A stretch of 58,612 bases of DNA, counting the filler, from Sphacelaria rigidula (lineage: Eukaryota), in the NCBI GenBank assembly GCA_964200075.2. It is 9 parts of 9 records of this genome, joined end to end, with 100 filler letters (N's around TTAATTAATTAA, not from the genome) between each part and the next. Parts side by side here need not be neighbours in the genome. Positions count along the whole stretch, not along the records: positions 1 to 6,424 come from CAXNAA020020154.1; positions 6,525 to 12,948 come from CAXNAA020020155.1; 7 more parts are not named here. The stretch is one strand, 5' to 3'. A program made the translations under genes and the position numbers. Below, piece by piece: positions 1 to 11,650 of this stretch. The notes beneath the pieces are model-generated. The model was not told the origin of the DNA. It was given only the letters and a program-made list of their open reading frames with translations, and did no database searches. Positions within the stretch are counted from its first letter, which is position 1. The number at the start of each line of letters is the position of its first letter.

Positions 1-69
1 GGATGAGATCAGGGGCTCCTAACAATTCTAACCTCAGAAATTATTTCTGTACCCCTACCGTAGCATCCC
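1..69. mobile_element. Right end of a GAG-terminated (Sola-like) MITE, same family as 51527-51787
   Basis: ggatgagatcaggggctcctaacaattctaacctc...cccctaccgtagcatccctc closely matches 51717-51787. Confidence 0.75.
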
Positions 70-795
70 TCTATTCTGGTAGCGTGAGTTCGATAAACTG
101 TCATGGTATATGAATACGTCCCTTTCTTTAGGGTATCATGGCTCTGTCATGCCACGGTCATGGGACTGACAAGACGCGCTTATGAACGAACTGTGCTGCA
201 GGTGGGCGAGCGCTGAATTTGAGGGAAAGGCGAGTATTACGATGCCTTCCTCCGCCTGTTGTCGACGCGGGCTACAGCCCCCGCAGCGACAGCTATATGT
301 TTTGCAACACGGAGGGGATACCCTCACGGACATATGTTCACATCGGGTTAGATGGGCTTCCGGAGGGGCGCTATGCTACATTTTTCCCGGCCTCTAGTGG
401 AATCAATCGTTGCCATTCGTGACATGCGATGGACGTGACTTCTACGTTGCGCACGCCAAATCGAGTTGTTTTGAATAAAATTCATATGCCATGTCGATAA
501 ATGCTTCAATTTGTCGTAGCTGTCCAACTGAAATAGAAATTCGGGTCTGAATAAAACTCCATCGGTACACTGTGCCCATTTGAGTGAAAATAACCAACTT
601 TCGTCCACGTGATAACCTAGCTGCGTGAAAGTTCGTTCACATTAGAACCCAGCTGCGTGAAAAGATGGCAAGGCCGGGTGATTGATCCATAAGATGCTAA
701 ACTCGACCAACATTCGTGCGGCGGGTTCCTGTTGTGCGCGTTCATTACCGCTCCTTTACAGAATGGCGAGTGAAATACTCGTTTTTTCTGTCTAG

Positions 796-3700
796 GCACT
801 ATGCGATGCTGTTCATGTCTGGGGCATTCATGTACCAGCTGGGGGCCTCCGTTGTACTCCAGTTTACTATTCCGACTGTCTATGGGTGAGTGCGCTACGA
901 TCGTCGACGCTTCCTGCAAATATGCAGTGGCATTAGGTTCAGACATAAAACACGCACATCGTGATGCATTCAGTAGCAATCCATGCACGTGCCGCTATAT
1001 CGAGCACATTTTCTCCCTCCTGTCTGGATTGGAACTGTCCTTTTTCTAGACGACGGTCGTGTTCCACAGCAGGGAACGTGAATAGAGGTGGGGAATCAAT
1101 TTTTTTCTGCAAATATTCAGAATTTCTTGACGTTAGCGGGATATAATGGGTCAACCGTTTTCCTCTGACGCTCACGAGGCTCACATCTACACAACCACTC
1201 GGTAAGGCATTTTCCAGGCGTCGGCAAAGATCTTGGTTCAGGACTCCAGGAGGAGGGTTCGTCACAACGACCACACCGCTACACAGGAGTACGTACGCAA
1301 GACTCGTATGTCCGTTACCATGGTGTATACTCTTTGCTGGACGGGTAGGAGTTTTACAATATTGTCAAGCCCAGTACTGCAATCATAAAGATTTATCAAC
1401 TCCACACAGCCGAGGGTTCGCAGGACCCACGGCGACGATCCCATGGAATACATAGCGAGAGCTCTCGAAGTAGAAGAAAAAGACAAGACAAGAAGATGAG
1501 CGAGCGCCACACAGACTCTTTTCCTTCGGGAAAAGGGGTAAGCTGTATTATCATCACCACCATATATGTCGGGGGTGTTCCCGGAGGCATCCTCATGTTT
1601 CATACACGTCTGCTGCGTTCCTGCTCATCGTGGCGACCCTGAATGTTTCCTCCTCGCGCTTCCTGTATCTTCAGACCAAATCCAACAAGGACGTGCATCG
1701 CTCTTGCGGATTTGTGGTTCTATATTCCTACACACACTTTCACCATTGGGGCGTCATCGCGGTTGTTCATTGAGCTATCGAGGGTGCAAGATCGGATTCA
1801 TATGTCCAACGAGATCTCTCACACTGCAGCGGCATGGCTCCTGAGCGTATGTACGAATTGGGCTCATGTGTCTAGTTCAGAGTTCTCGAGCATTCGACAC
1901 CTTTCGAGAGAATGAGAGGAAATTGCGCACCATGCATCGACACGTTTCGTTTAGTTTAGTTTCGAATATAGTTGGTGTCAGAACAACTTCGTGCCTGTTC
2001 CCTTGGCAAAACAGGGGTCATCAACACGTCTCATTGGGCGGTGAAACACAACGTAGAGGAGTTGGGAGAGGTGGGAGGGAAGTGGGGGTGTAGTCTGGGT
2101 TGTGAACAACACCCCATTGGTTGACTGAAAATCCGGCAATGGTATCTCCAGGAAGAGCTGACATTGGAAGCATCAACCCGTCACCATGTATGTTTCTTTC
2201 GTAGAGTTTATACTCAAGACATACTCCGGAGTTGCACTAGAAACAGTAGTACCGATAGCAACAACAGCGGCAATATTCAGTAGTGGTAGTAGCGGTGGTA
2301 GCAGCCAGCAGTTTTTGTATCAGCGGCAATGCATAAAGGAATGTTACTCTAACTAGGAGTCGCCCGGGGTCGTTTGGGGCGACTATTTGAATTTTCCTAT
2401 AATCCACTTGCGCCCTTCTATTTCCGTGTTCAACCAAATTACTCTTGCGCCGCCGCCTGTGTTTCAGTCCCGTACTACGGGCGTATGATCCTGGAGCGCG
2501 CTGGGGTGACGGACATGCCGTTGGAGCACAACTATGGTCTATCAATCTGCATTTTCATCACCCAAGTGTCCACGTAAGACGTCTGGTACCAGTATAGTAA
2601 AAGCCGTTCGTTCTCAGTTTTAAATCAGCTCCAACTCAAGTGAAGCGAGTCGTGCGTGGTGGGCCCATCATTTACTTCCACGCCAACGTAGATATATCCA
2701 CATAAATGTATACCCTGCGCGACAGAAGAGCGCACCGACTTGTACCTGTTCTCGCAAAGGCGAGTATGAGGGACTACCTCACGTGGGGGCTACAGCACCC
2801 TAGACTTCTCAGCGTCTCCATCAGTCCGAGGCAGGATCTGATCACACAGGGAACTGTGGTCGGCACTCGACCGTACGTCGATAGTGTAATGCGTGAGAGG
2901 ACCGCGTGCTTAGAGGACGGCGCAGTAGTTCAGAACACCGCAGGATCGACATTTTTCAAAACCAATCGAGTCAGTCCCTGAAGGTACCATACCCCTGACC
3001 ATAACCCCAACCTTTACCCTAACCCTAACCCTAACCATAGGAATATTGAAATTCCGCTGCGGTCCTCTAAGCACGCGGTCCTCTCACGCATTACAGATAA
3101 CATCCTTTACATAGCCAATTATCTAGCTCCGATGTAGGTCTCACGAAACGCCCATGATTTTGGGGTTACGTGTACTTAAAAAAAAGCAGTGCACGCCATC
3201 ATCCTCAGCGCTCTGACTGCGAGGTACTCAGGAGGCTGACCCTACCCTGGACTACGGCTCACATATGAACCGCGATATTTCATTGTACCCCCCCCCATGT
3301 GGTGCTTTGCCATGCGGTGTTTTCGTTACGTCTAGTATTTTCATACATGAAGCTGTGCCGCAAATGTCCACATACGGCGATTGTGTGCCCGGCCGGTGAA
3401 AACCCGGCATGGAATATTTGAGCATGATAGGAGTGCAGGATACTGTGTTCTTGTCTCCGAATTGAGTGTACAGGGAACACGTCTTTCTTTCTCCGTGTGT
3501 CATGGCACGCAAGACAACGATTCCCGTTCCCCCCAATCCTTCTCCCTCCATCATTCACCCCCCCTTGGCTGTTCCCATGCTTTTCACATTCGTGGACAAA
3601 TAGTTTTATGATCGAACCTCGACGACGCAAAGGAGAGGTGCAAATTTGCGGTCTAGGAAAAAAGAAAAAGGTCGCCGTCGTGGCGGATGAGCCACAAATC

Positions 3701-5192
3701 GCTGCCTGGAAAGACAAGTGGGACAACTCCAAGGTACAGTTGCGCACCCGTGCTGATAATTTGGCTGAGCATTGACGTTGCGCTTCGCGGGAAATAACGT
3801 CACGACAGTAGTCAGGAGCCCTCGGTCATCTGCCGGTTTTCGTGCGAAAACATGGCAGAATCGGACCTTGACCTTGCACCAGCGGCACAATTTTCCTAAC
3901 CACAGCCTCAAACGGAGCTACAAAACCGCACTTCTCCGACGTACCCTACCCGCGCAGGATATTATGGCAGTGCCTCTGATGGACGAAGCGTTTGAGAAGC
4001 ATGTTCAGGATTTCCTGTGCTCGGAATCCTATGACTTCCTCAAGGAGGTCGGTGCCCGTCTGCTCTCTGCCGGGTTCTCAAGTACACCCTTGCTTGAATA
4101 ATTGCAAACTCTACAACCCCTATTGGCAAGATCTGCTGAGTTAGTTAGAGAGGAGAGTCAGTCGGAAAGATGCGTAGATCAAGGTTGTCCTTGGAGTAAC
4201 ACTGATACAATGACGTGTGTCTATCGATCTCTTGCTTCTTCGTGCGAAGGTTGATGCTGTTCAGTGTAGAGTCAGTGCCGACATTTATCTCCTACTTCGC
4301 AGACCTGCTCGCTATTCGTTCCACGGAATTTGTACCGGGCTTGGGCGGCTCCATGGTATAACACAACCTGACTTCTTCGCCAAGTCAAGCAAGTGTACAG
4401 TACGCAACTAAGCAAAAAGGGACAAGTCTAGGCTAGTTGGGCTAGCCCTGGGATATGTTGACCGCAAAAGCTTCATAGCTGCACTTCCCCATCGCGGCCT
4501 CGACCGGCGTAAAGTTTGACTTCGGCGGGACGGAGGTATGGGATAGTGTTCGTTCGATGGCCTACGTAGGAGTCTACAGCCGAAGTTGAACCGCAGAGTA
4601 TACGCCAACGCGTCGAATGTATTCCTTGATGCTCCGTCAAGCGCTCATGCCCGCTGTCGTATACCCACGATCATTGGTACAACTGTCTCGAGTCTGTGAC
4701 GATATCTATCTATCTTCAAGTGTGGCCAGTCCTTTGACTCGTTGGCCTCAGCCCTGGAATCGCTGTCCACCGGCCTGTGGGTAGACTCGGCTCATCCCGT
4801 TTCTCTAGCATATTGGAACCAAGCAATACTCTCGAAATACATAACGACCGCAACATTATTACATAGTTCAGGTCACTTCCCCACGCGTGCGTCCATTTAC
4901 TGGAATTTTGGTGCCCAGAGTGATCATTTTCGTCTGCATCTCTGATAAGTTTGATGTCCATGCTTCTCAAGGTATTGTTCATAAAATACAACGATGACAG
5001 CTACGTTTGAGCTGAGTGGACCGCTGATACTTTCTGGTCGCTGTTCAGGTGGAAACGTACCTGCTGCAATCCCACACCCTCGAGCCCCAGGAACAATTTG
5101 TCAGATTTCGGGAAATTGTGAACATGTACATTTTGGCGGGTTCAGAGCTGGAGGTCAACATCGAGACTGCTATGCGAAACAAAGTACTGAAG
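796..5192 (+). CDS. Partial 7TM-RGS protein (last ~4 TM helices plus RGS domain); exons 796-885, 1675-1850, 2468-2573, 3604-3733, 3958-4047, 5049-5192
   Basis: All junctions are GT-AG and phase-consistent (2,1,2,0,0). Joined peptide: HYAMLFMSGAFMYQLGASVVLQFTIPTVYGPNPTRTCIALADLWFYIPTHTFTIGASSRLFIELSRVQDRIHMSNEISHTAAAWLLSVFPYYGRMIL...NYGLSICIFITQVSTFMIEPRRRK...DIMAVPLMDEAFEKHVQDFLCSESYDFLKEVETY...FREIVNMYILAGSELEVNIETAMRNKVLK. The RGS-box motifs (F..F.CSES..FL.EV; I...YI..GS..EVNI) follow hydrophobic segments. The first and last exons were not found. Confidence 0.85.
2885..3095. mobile_element. Intronic MITE with a 34-bp perfect TIR (TGT...ACA) and internal (CCCTAA)n
   Basis: tgtaatgcgtgagaggaccgcgtgcttagaggac at 2885 and its reverse complement ending at 3095. 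ccctaaccctaaccctaacc at ~3017-3036. Flanks are gatag/gataa. Confidence 0.85.
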
Positions 5193-6261
5193 GTGAGTCA
5201 TAAAATACAGGCAACTGCAGTCCAACAGAGAGGACTAATATTAGGTATGTACAACAACGCGCAGAAGCAGCGGGGATCGACGTGCATACGCCACTCGCGA
5301 AACACCATGGTTGAGGTTGTGAAAATCTGGACAGTCAAGGGGCTTCCACGGGTACCTCGGAAACGATTCCGAAGGAGGGTGTATGGAAATGAAGGCGAGT
5401 TGGAGCGACACTGATTGCCATAATGAGAGGGATTTTACAGTATGAGTGCAAATATGGGGTATCGAAACATAGTGCCAACACACGCGATGGCGTGCTACTG
5501 TACACGACAACTGGCGTGCGTACTATGGAGCGAACACGAACATGAAAACTTGCACGAGAGGGGGGCATGAAACACAAGGTTACAGCCAACGAAGCACACC
5601 ATACACAAAAATACTGCTCGTACCGATTCCGGGTACGACTGGTTTTCGCTGTCTTCAGAGGGGGCTTTGACGTTGGCAACCTGCATCAGGCGGACGAGTT
5701 CCCACGTCATTAGCTTGTAGCGTAACACGGAATTCACGTTTTCCTCAACACCACGTAACGTGCACGCAACCGGTGAGAAACACAGCGCGTCGTCCGTAAG
5801 GAAGGCCAAAACGTTCGTGTGAGATCCCGAATTCCGTACCAATCTTTCGTACGAGTCATCCCACCGCGCATTTGGTATGAGGGCAACTTTCGAACAGGTT
5901 GTGTGGCCTGTGTGACAGACCGCCTTCTTACCCAACCCGCCTGGAGATTATCCGTACACCGCCGACATGGATAGGCAAGTCTGTCTTTGTTAAGAACAAC
6001 AACTCATTATTTAGATGTAGCAGGCGGTAATGGGGCGGCAATGGGCGTATGCGCACTTGGCATGTTACTTAGGAGGGTTAGGCGCTACGTTGTGATCGTT
6101 GGTATCGTCGCTTACTTTGCCCATCAGCGTTACCTTACGCGCCCAAGACAACATTGTTGTGTTTTGTGAGAAGCTATTATACGGTCGAGTATTGGAGTCA
6201 ATACTACTCGTTGGCTAATTGTGAGAAAGAGGTGGGGAGGACCAGATCCCGTGGCCAGAGT

Positions 6262-6424
6262 TGGAGAATACTCATGATCATGCATGCCATAGTCATCATT
6301 GACCTCGCATCCGTACAAAGCCGGGACGGAGCACGCCGGGTTTTCACCGGACCAGGCTCGCACTGAATCACCAAGCGCGAAGCGCCGTGGTGTGTTCGGC
6401 GAGTCGCATGAAGGGTGAGTCGCA
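6262..6424 (-). mobile_element. Poly(C)-tailed retroposon family A, partial copy
   Basis: Reverse complement of 11480-11640; the tail is degenerate in this copy. Confidence 0.85.
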
Positions 6425-6524
6425 NNNNNNNNNNNNNNNNNNNNNNNNNNNNNNNNNNNNNNNNNNNNTTAATTAATTAANNNNNNNNNNNNNNNNNNNN
6501 NNNNNNNNNNNNNNNNNNNNNNNN
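6425..6524. other. Artificial contig linker N44-TTAATTAATTAA-N44 (also 12949-13048, 19473-19572, 25997-26096, 32521-32620, 39044-39143, 45567-45666, 52090-52189)
   Basis: Eight identical 100-nt linkers with stop codons in all six frames. Intervening segments are 6424 bp (five) then 6423 bp (four). Confidence 0.98.
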
Positions 6525-6944
6525 CCTTCAGCTGCAGCATCTACCGCAACGGCTGGTTTCGTGGCGGTTTGATCTGATGAAAAAGTGGAAAATCCATCAG
6601 TCTGTGTATAGTGAAACAAAAGCTTGTCAAGCCAGAGAAATGCGTAGATTCCCTGGCGGTGTAAACCTGTCATACACGTGTAGAACCAAGGGTACCGACG
6701 TAATTCTGTCTGGGAAATGCCAGGAAGACTCAAGCCGGCGTTCAATCTCGTTCGCGAACTATTGTATGTACAGTACGTGCTGTCGTGCGAATGACCAAGC
6801 ATTCGAATCTTCGTAACTTGAAATGAGACAGTGAAAAGACAGGGAAACTTATCCGGCCAAGGACGAATGCATGATACACTGTAGAGAAAGAAGCGTTATA
6901 AACAGAAATAATGCGCCTACGATCAAACATACGATAGGCGACCG

Positions 6945-7270
6945 TCAGTGCCACGCACACGGTGACTTCACGCGTTACACGACACGTCAAAAGACCTCCA
7001 ACCCTGGTGTGAGCCGCGATTTGCATAGAATGAAACGTTAAACTCGAACGTGACACGTGTCAATGTCACGTTACATAATAAGTGATACGTGACAATGTCA
7101 CGTGACATATTACGTGACATGTGACGAAACGTCACATTAAATTTTTCAACGTGGTAAACGTCACGTTCACGTCACGTTACATTTTCCGAACGTGACACGC
7201 GTCACGTGTCACGTCACGTTAAATTTGACGAACGTGATTCACGTCACGTTCACGTTCACGTGTCACGTAT
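6945..7270. repeat. Dense ACGT/GTCAC/GTGAC palindromic low-complexity array
   Basis: Many overlapping cacgt, gtcacg and cgtgac words in both orientations. Confidence 0.8.
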
Positions 7271-7542
7271 CTCTCCCTGATTTATTCCATGCATTGTCCA
7301 TCCCTTCCCTTCATTCGGCGCCTCTTGCACCTAACGTCGGAAATTTCTGGAAATGGCTGACCAGACCTCCACCGCCTACTGGAAGCCGGTAAGGTTTTAC
7401 AGTCACCACGAGACCCCAACCTCCATGTGAATTTGACATGGAGGGGGTGATGACCCTACCCTATACGTACTGGTTATATCTTCTGTATTTTTCATTTGCA
7501 TGTAAGGTGGTCAACCTTCATGCTGTTGTTTACATGTCTAAC

Positions 7543-8110
7543 GTGGTGATTTTCCCGGACCCGCCCACAGGCCACTTGATTGATTTCTCCATGGAGCCAG
7601 GGCATTTACGCAACAAAATGCACACCATTCGAAAGCTACGGATCAGGGCTTTCGAATGAACCTACCTTTATGTTTCACAGACATGGTGACGAGTTATGTC
7701 GAATATACCGTTTCGCCGTAAACGCGGGGGAACTAGTAATTCTCGATTTGCCCGGCCGCCACCACCTCTGTGATTTTTTTTTTTTTTTGAATCCTCGCAA
7801 AAAACTGCTTCTAGATCACCTGGTTCTGGACCCGGTTATGCCTGGCTCCAGGTCGACATTAATCAAGAAGCAAAAACAAATATCCGGAGTACGAAAGTAT
7901 ATGGGGGAAAAGTTGCTCTAGGGTCAATTTCGTGGGTTCGACATCCGCCGCGAGCATTTTTTTTTCCCCCTTTTTTTCCATGTTTTTTTGGCGACTCGCT
8001 ACTCTTTTGCGCCTTGCTGCGGGCGTTCCGAAGCTGTGTTTTTTTTTTAATTCGATCGCAGTCAAAATTTATGGAGGGACAACCAAAATCGGGTCCTTGA
8101 AAATTACCAC
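7543..8110. mobile_element. MITE with a ~21-bp imperfect TIR
   Basis: gtggtgattttcccggacccg (7543) versus cgggtccttgaaaattaccac (8090-8110). Confidence 0.7.
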
Positions 8111-8279
8111 TTTATCGCACACTAACCTACCCACACTCGAACTCCATCATATCGCAACCCTTTCGTGCTATTCCCCACCCGATGCCGACCACGGTTAGGA
8201 CTGCTTCCAAAACCTCAAACTCAACACTGTGCTCCGAAGATGGCAAAGCCGTGACGGTACGATCAACAACAAACCCTAC

Positions 8280-10711
8280 CTCTTGTCGCTGCTGATGTTG
8301 CCTCAATTCAATTTGCCGCTGTTCTATCGCTGCTTGCACCGCACTTCCACCAGCACCCCCACCTCCTCCAGCAAGCTCACCGACACCCGCCGCCGCTCCT
8401 TCCTGCCCATCGACCACAGAGCGCAACTGACTACCGCTTTCATTGATCCCATCGACACCACCAACACCACCACCATCACTATGTCGTACTACTCCTCTCT
8501 CTACTCCTTCTCCTCCTTCCGCCGCCGATATACCGTGCTCCGCTAACTGCCCCTCCTCGTCTTCCGCCGCTGTAGCTACCGCCGCTGACGGAACCCCCGA
8601 AATCTCTCCCCCCAGAACGACTGGCTCTTGGTCGCTGCCTGTCACGAGCGGCGCGACAGCGTCGCCAGCCGCAGAAGACGAAACACCATCCGATTCCAGG
8701 GGAACAACTTTTCCCGCTACCGCTGCTAACCCTACTCCGCCGTCTTTGGATTCCCCTGATATTACTCCCGCCCCCTTCTGGGGAGAAGCCGGCGCTGCTG
8801 TTGGGCCAGGTGCTGTTGATGATTCTTCTCGTGCCACCGTCGCCGCGTCGCTACCGCCAGGATCGCCGGGTTTCGCTGCCTGCACCTGAAGCGCTTGTGC
8901 TGATGGAAGCGGTTGCTCGGTTGAAGGAGGGACATCTGACCCCACCGCTGGCCCTACGCCCGTTTCCATTTTCATTTCAGCTGTGGGCGTGGGTATCGCC
9001 GCGTCCGACGATGCTATGCCGGCGCCGGAATGTTCGGCGTCGGTGTGCTGAGTTGATGTGGTCTCCGGAGCTTCCGCCCTCTTTTCGTCTGTGCGTTTTT
9101 TTGTTTGTTAGTTTTTGTTTTTCAATCCCCCAAATAATCAACGCGCAGAGAGATAAAATATCAAGGTTTGGTCAGACGCCAAAGAGACAAGCCGACAGAC
9201 AGACATATATGCGTAAATACACAGAGAGCAGTAAGACGCCACGTACAGGTGTATTGGGCAGTATGCGATCTACCTCAACGGTCAAGACAGAGATCAACAC
9301 GACAGCATTATTTACTAGAACAAAGACGAAATAATGAGCATCTTCATTCGCACCCGGCACGGATCCTCATCCCATGTTTTGTTTATTGTAAAAGGGACGA
9401 GCAGAGTGTTCCGCTTTACAGCACTTTACACAATGTGTACGCTGCCTTTGCACGGCAGCCGCCGGATCACTCAACTCCTCCGTCTCGATAAAAAAACGAA
9501 GTAGAGCCAAGATAAGGTGTACGCCATGAAAATAATCACAAGACACGCGATCGTACCGAAAAAAGGGTGCCCCTCCTGACGTCTGCCTCTCCCTTCAACG
9601 GTGCAGAAATAACGAAAAAAAGGAGCACGGAAAAACGAATCGACAAGGGGTACAAAGTACACCACACAACAGTACAGTGGGGGTGCCGCCCCAGTACGCC
9701 AGTATGCCTGTCCGGCACGATAGTACGTACAATAAATTTGGGGGTATGATATAGAGCGGGCAGGTTTGGTGACAGGTTCATTAGACCAAACTATAGAAGG
9801 ACCCACCGTGTCTATACAGAGCCAGAAACAGTAGCAAAACAGCAGAAAACAAACCGTTACACGCGCCTTCGCCCTCTACTAAAAAAAATGGATACCAATA
9901 CAACGAGATTACCAGACGAACAGACCTTTAGTTCATGGAATGACGGTTGCGTGGCTTTTTCCCGCCTCACTTGACTAATCGTCGACAAAAACTGACTCAT
10001 CTCCTAGGGATACCCACCTGCGGTAGCGCGGCTCTTGTACGATCTCTGTACGGCTTCAGATATTGTTCAACCAACCCAAAACTAGTCATCTAGTCCATTC
10101 CCCCCTTCTCCCTCCCCCACCGCCCTAGCACTTGTGCATGGGTAGACCATCCACCGCATCCTGCTCATGGTACATACAGTATTTGTGGCACTACTACTTC
10201 TACTTCATCTATACCCAAGTATGTCTAAATCTACCAGACATTAGATACCTGCTACACATGTCTATATCTCTGCATCCATGTACACTATTCCTCGACACGG
10301 AGATATATCTGTACCTATATCCAAAGATATATACATATATATATATATATGTATTATCTCTCTCGTTCTCCCCCTTTTCTCTAACCTTGTTCAGCAGTAT
10401 CATCATCAGCTCCCATGGCAGCAGCACCAGCTCCCGCCACCGCTAGCGTCGCGTTCCTCCTCCCATCCTCCCCAAAAACCCCACCATGGCTGTCCGACAC
10501 ATCACTCACAGGGCTGTTCAATTCTCCAACGGTCGGCAGAGGTAGCCCCGACAGGGTCAAGTTGCTGGCGCCTGCGCCACCCCCAGCGGCGGAGCCACCA
10601 TTGAGTCGAGAGTAGGAGACGGACGGGCGCACGGCTGGGGGAGCACTTGACGCCCGGGCTAGTCCGCTTGTTGACTTTAACATGCTGCCGGTGACGTCGG
10701 CGCGATATGAA
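8280..10711 (-). CDS. Two internal exons (~10711-10386 and 8980-8280) of an unknown Gly/Ala/Ser/Glu-rich, probably disordered protein
   Basis: Donor CAAG|GTTAG at 10385 (phase 1) joins acceptor CACAG|CTGAA at 8980 (phase 1). Donor GAG|GTAGGG at 8279. Both exons are long open frames. The acceptor of the upstream exon is uncertain. Confidence 0.75.
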
Positions 10712-11362
10712 CTGTTGCGCTCTATGCTCTTTGGTGCCGATTCCGGTTCCGGTGTTGTTTCGGGCGAGGCATTGTCAATGTCCAGGTCGTGATTATACAC
10801 GTAATGCACGGAGAAGTTCGTGTGAGCAGTGATGAGGCAGGGCATGGGTGGGGTGGGATGGGGTGAGGTGTGGTGGGTCAGTGGGTATAGCTGGTGCTTT
10901 GCGTATCACGATGAGTCTTATACAGATCAGACTCTTTACAATCGTTTGCGTTGTAGATACCTCTGTTTCTCCGCTCTTCTGCGGTATGTGCACATATACT
11001 ATTACTTTTGCCACGAATGTTTCGTCGAATTTTTTTTTTTCCCTCTTCATTTTCACCCCTCCCCCCCCCTCCCCTCTCCGTAGCCTGGTCCGGCGAGAAC
11101 CAGGCATGCTCCGTCCCGGCTTTGTAGGGGCGGACCCCCGACGGGGTTGGCGTCGGTTGGCGATGACGCTGTAAAACACGTCACTCACTGCGTAAACTAG
11201 GCAACCACGTTACCGTGTTTTTTTGCGCGCTTGCGTTTTTCTTGCGGTAACCATGATGGTAGTCGAGCCAGATCATGTTGTGAAGTTTGGGAGAACCTCA
11301 ACTCTGCACAAAGGGGATGATCGTACTACTTGGTGTCAAAATGGTTAGACAGTGCACAAGCC

Positions 11363-11650
11363 TTGGCTCTCTCTGGAAGTGGCGATACCAGAAAATGGAG
11401 CAACTCATTGTAGGCTATCATCCAAATGTAAGATAATCAGTAGGCTTCGGGCCGAAGAATATTAGCAGGAGGCAGCGTCACTCTTCATGCGACTCACCAA
11501 ACATACCACGGCGCTTCGCGCTTGGTGATTGAGTGCGAGCCTGGTTCGGCGAAAACCCGGCGTGCTCCGTTCCGGCTTTGTATGGATGCGAGGTCAATGG
11601 TCTTACAGTATGACTATGGCATGCATGATCATGGGTACCCCCCCCCTCCC
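11363..11650 (+). mobile_element. Poly(C)-tailed retroposon family A (~290 bp), near full copy
   Basis: ttggctctctctggaagtggcgataccag...catgatcatgggtaccccccc. At least 8 copies occur across unrelated contigs. Confidence 0.85.

Noticed and set aside
132..346. Additional upstream 7TM-RGS exons (132-201, 287-346)
   Set aside because: Splice sites are plausible, but frame and phase could not be resolved with confidence.
3017..3036. True telomere
   Set aside because: Only about three units, internal to a MITE in an intron.
6469..6480. TTAATTAATTAA as a biological periodic motif
   Set aside because: It is an assembly linker inside N runs.
8229..8889. + strand ORFs 8229-8546 and 8443-8889
   Set aside because: Antisense shadows of the minus-strand exon.
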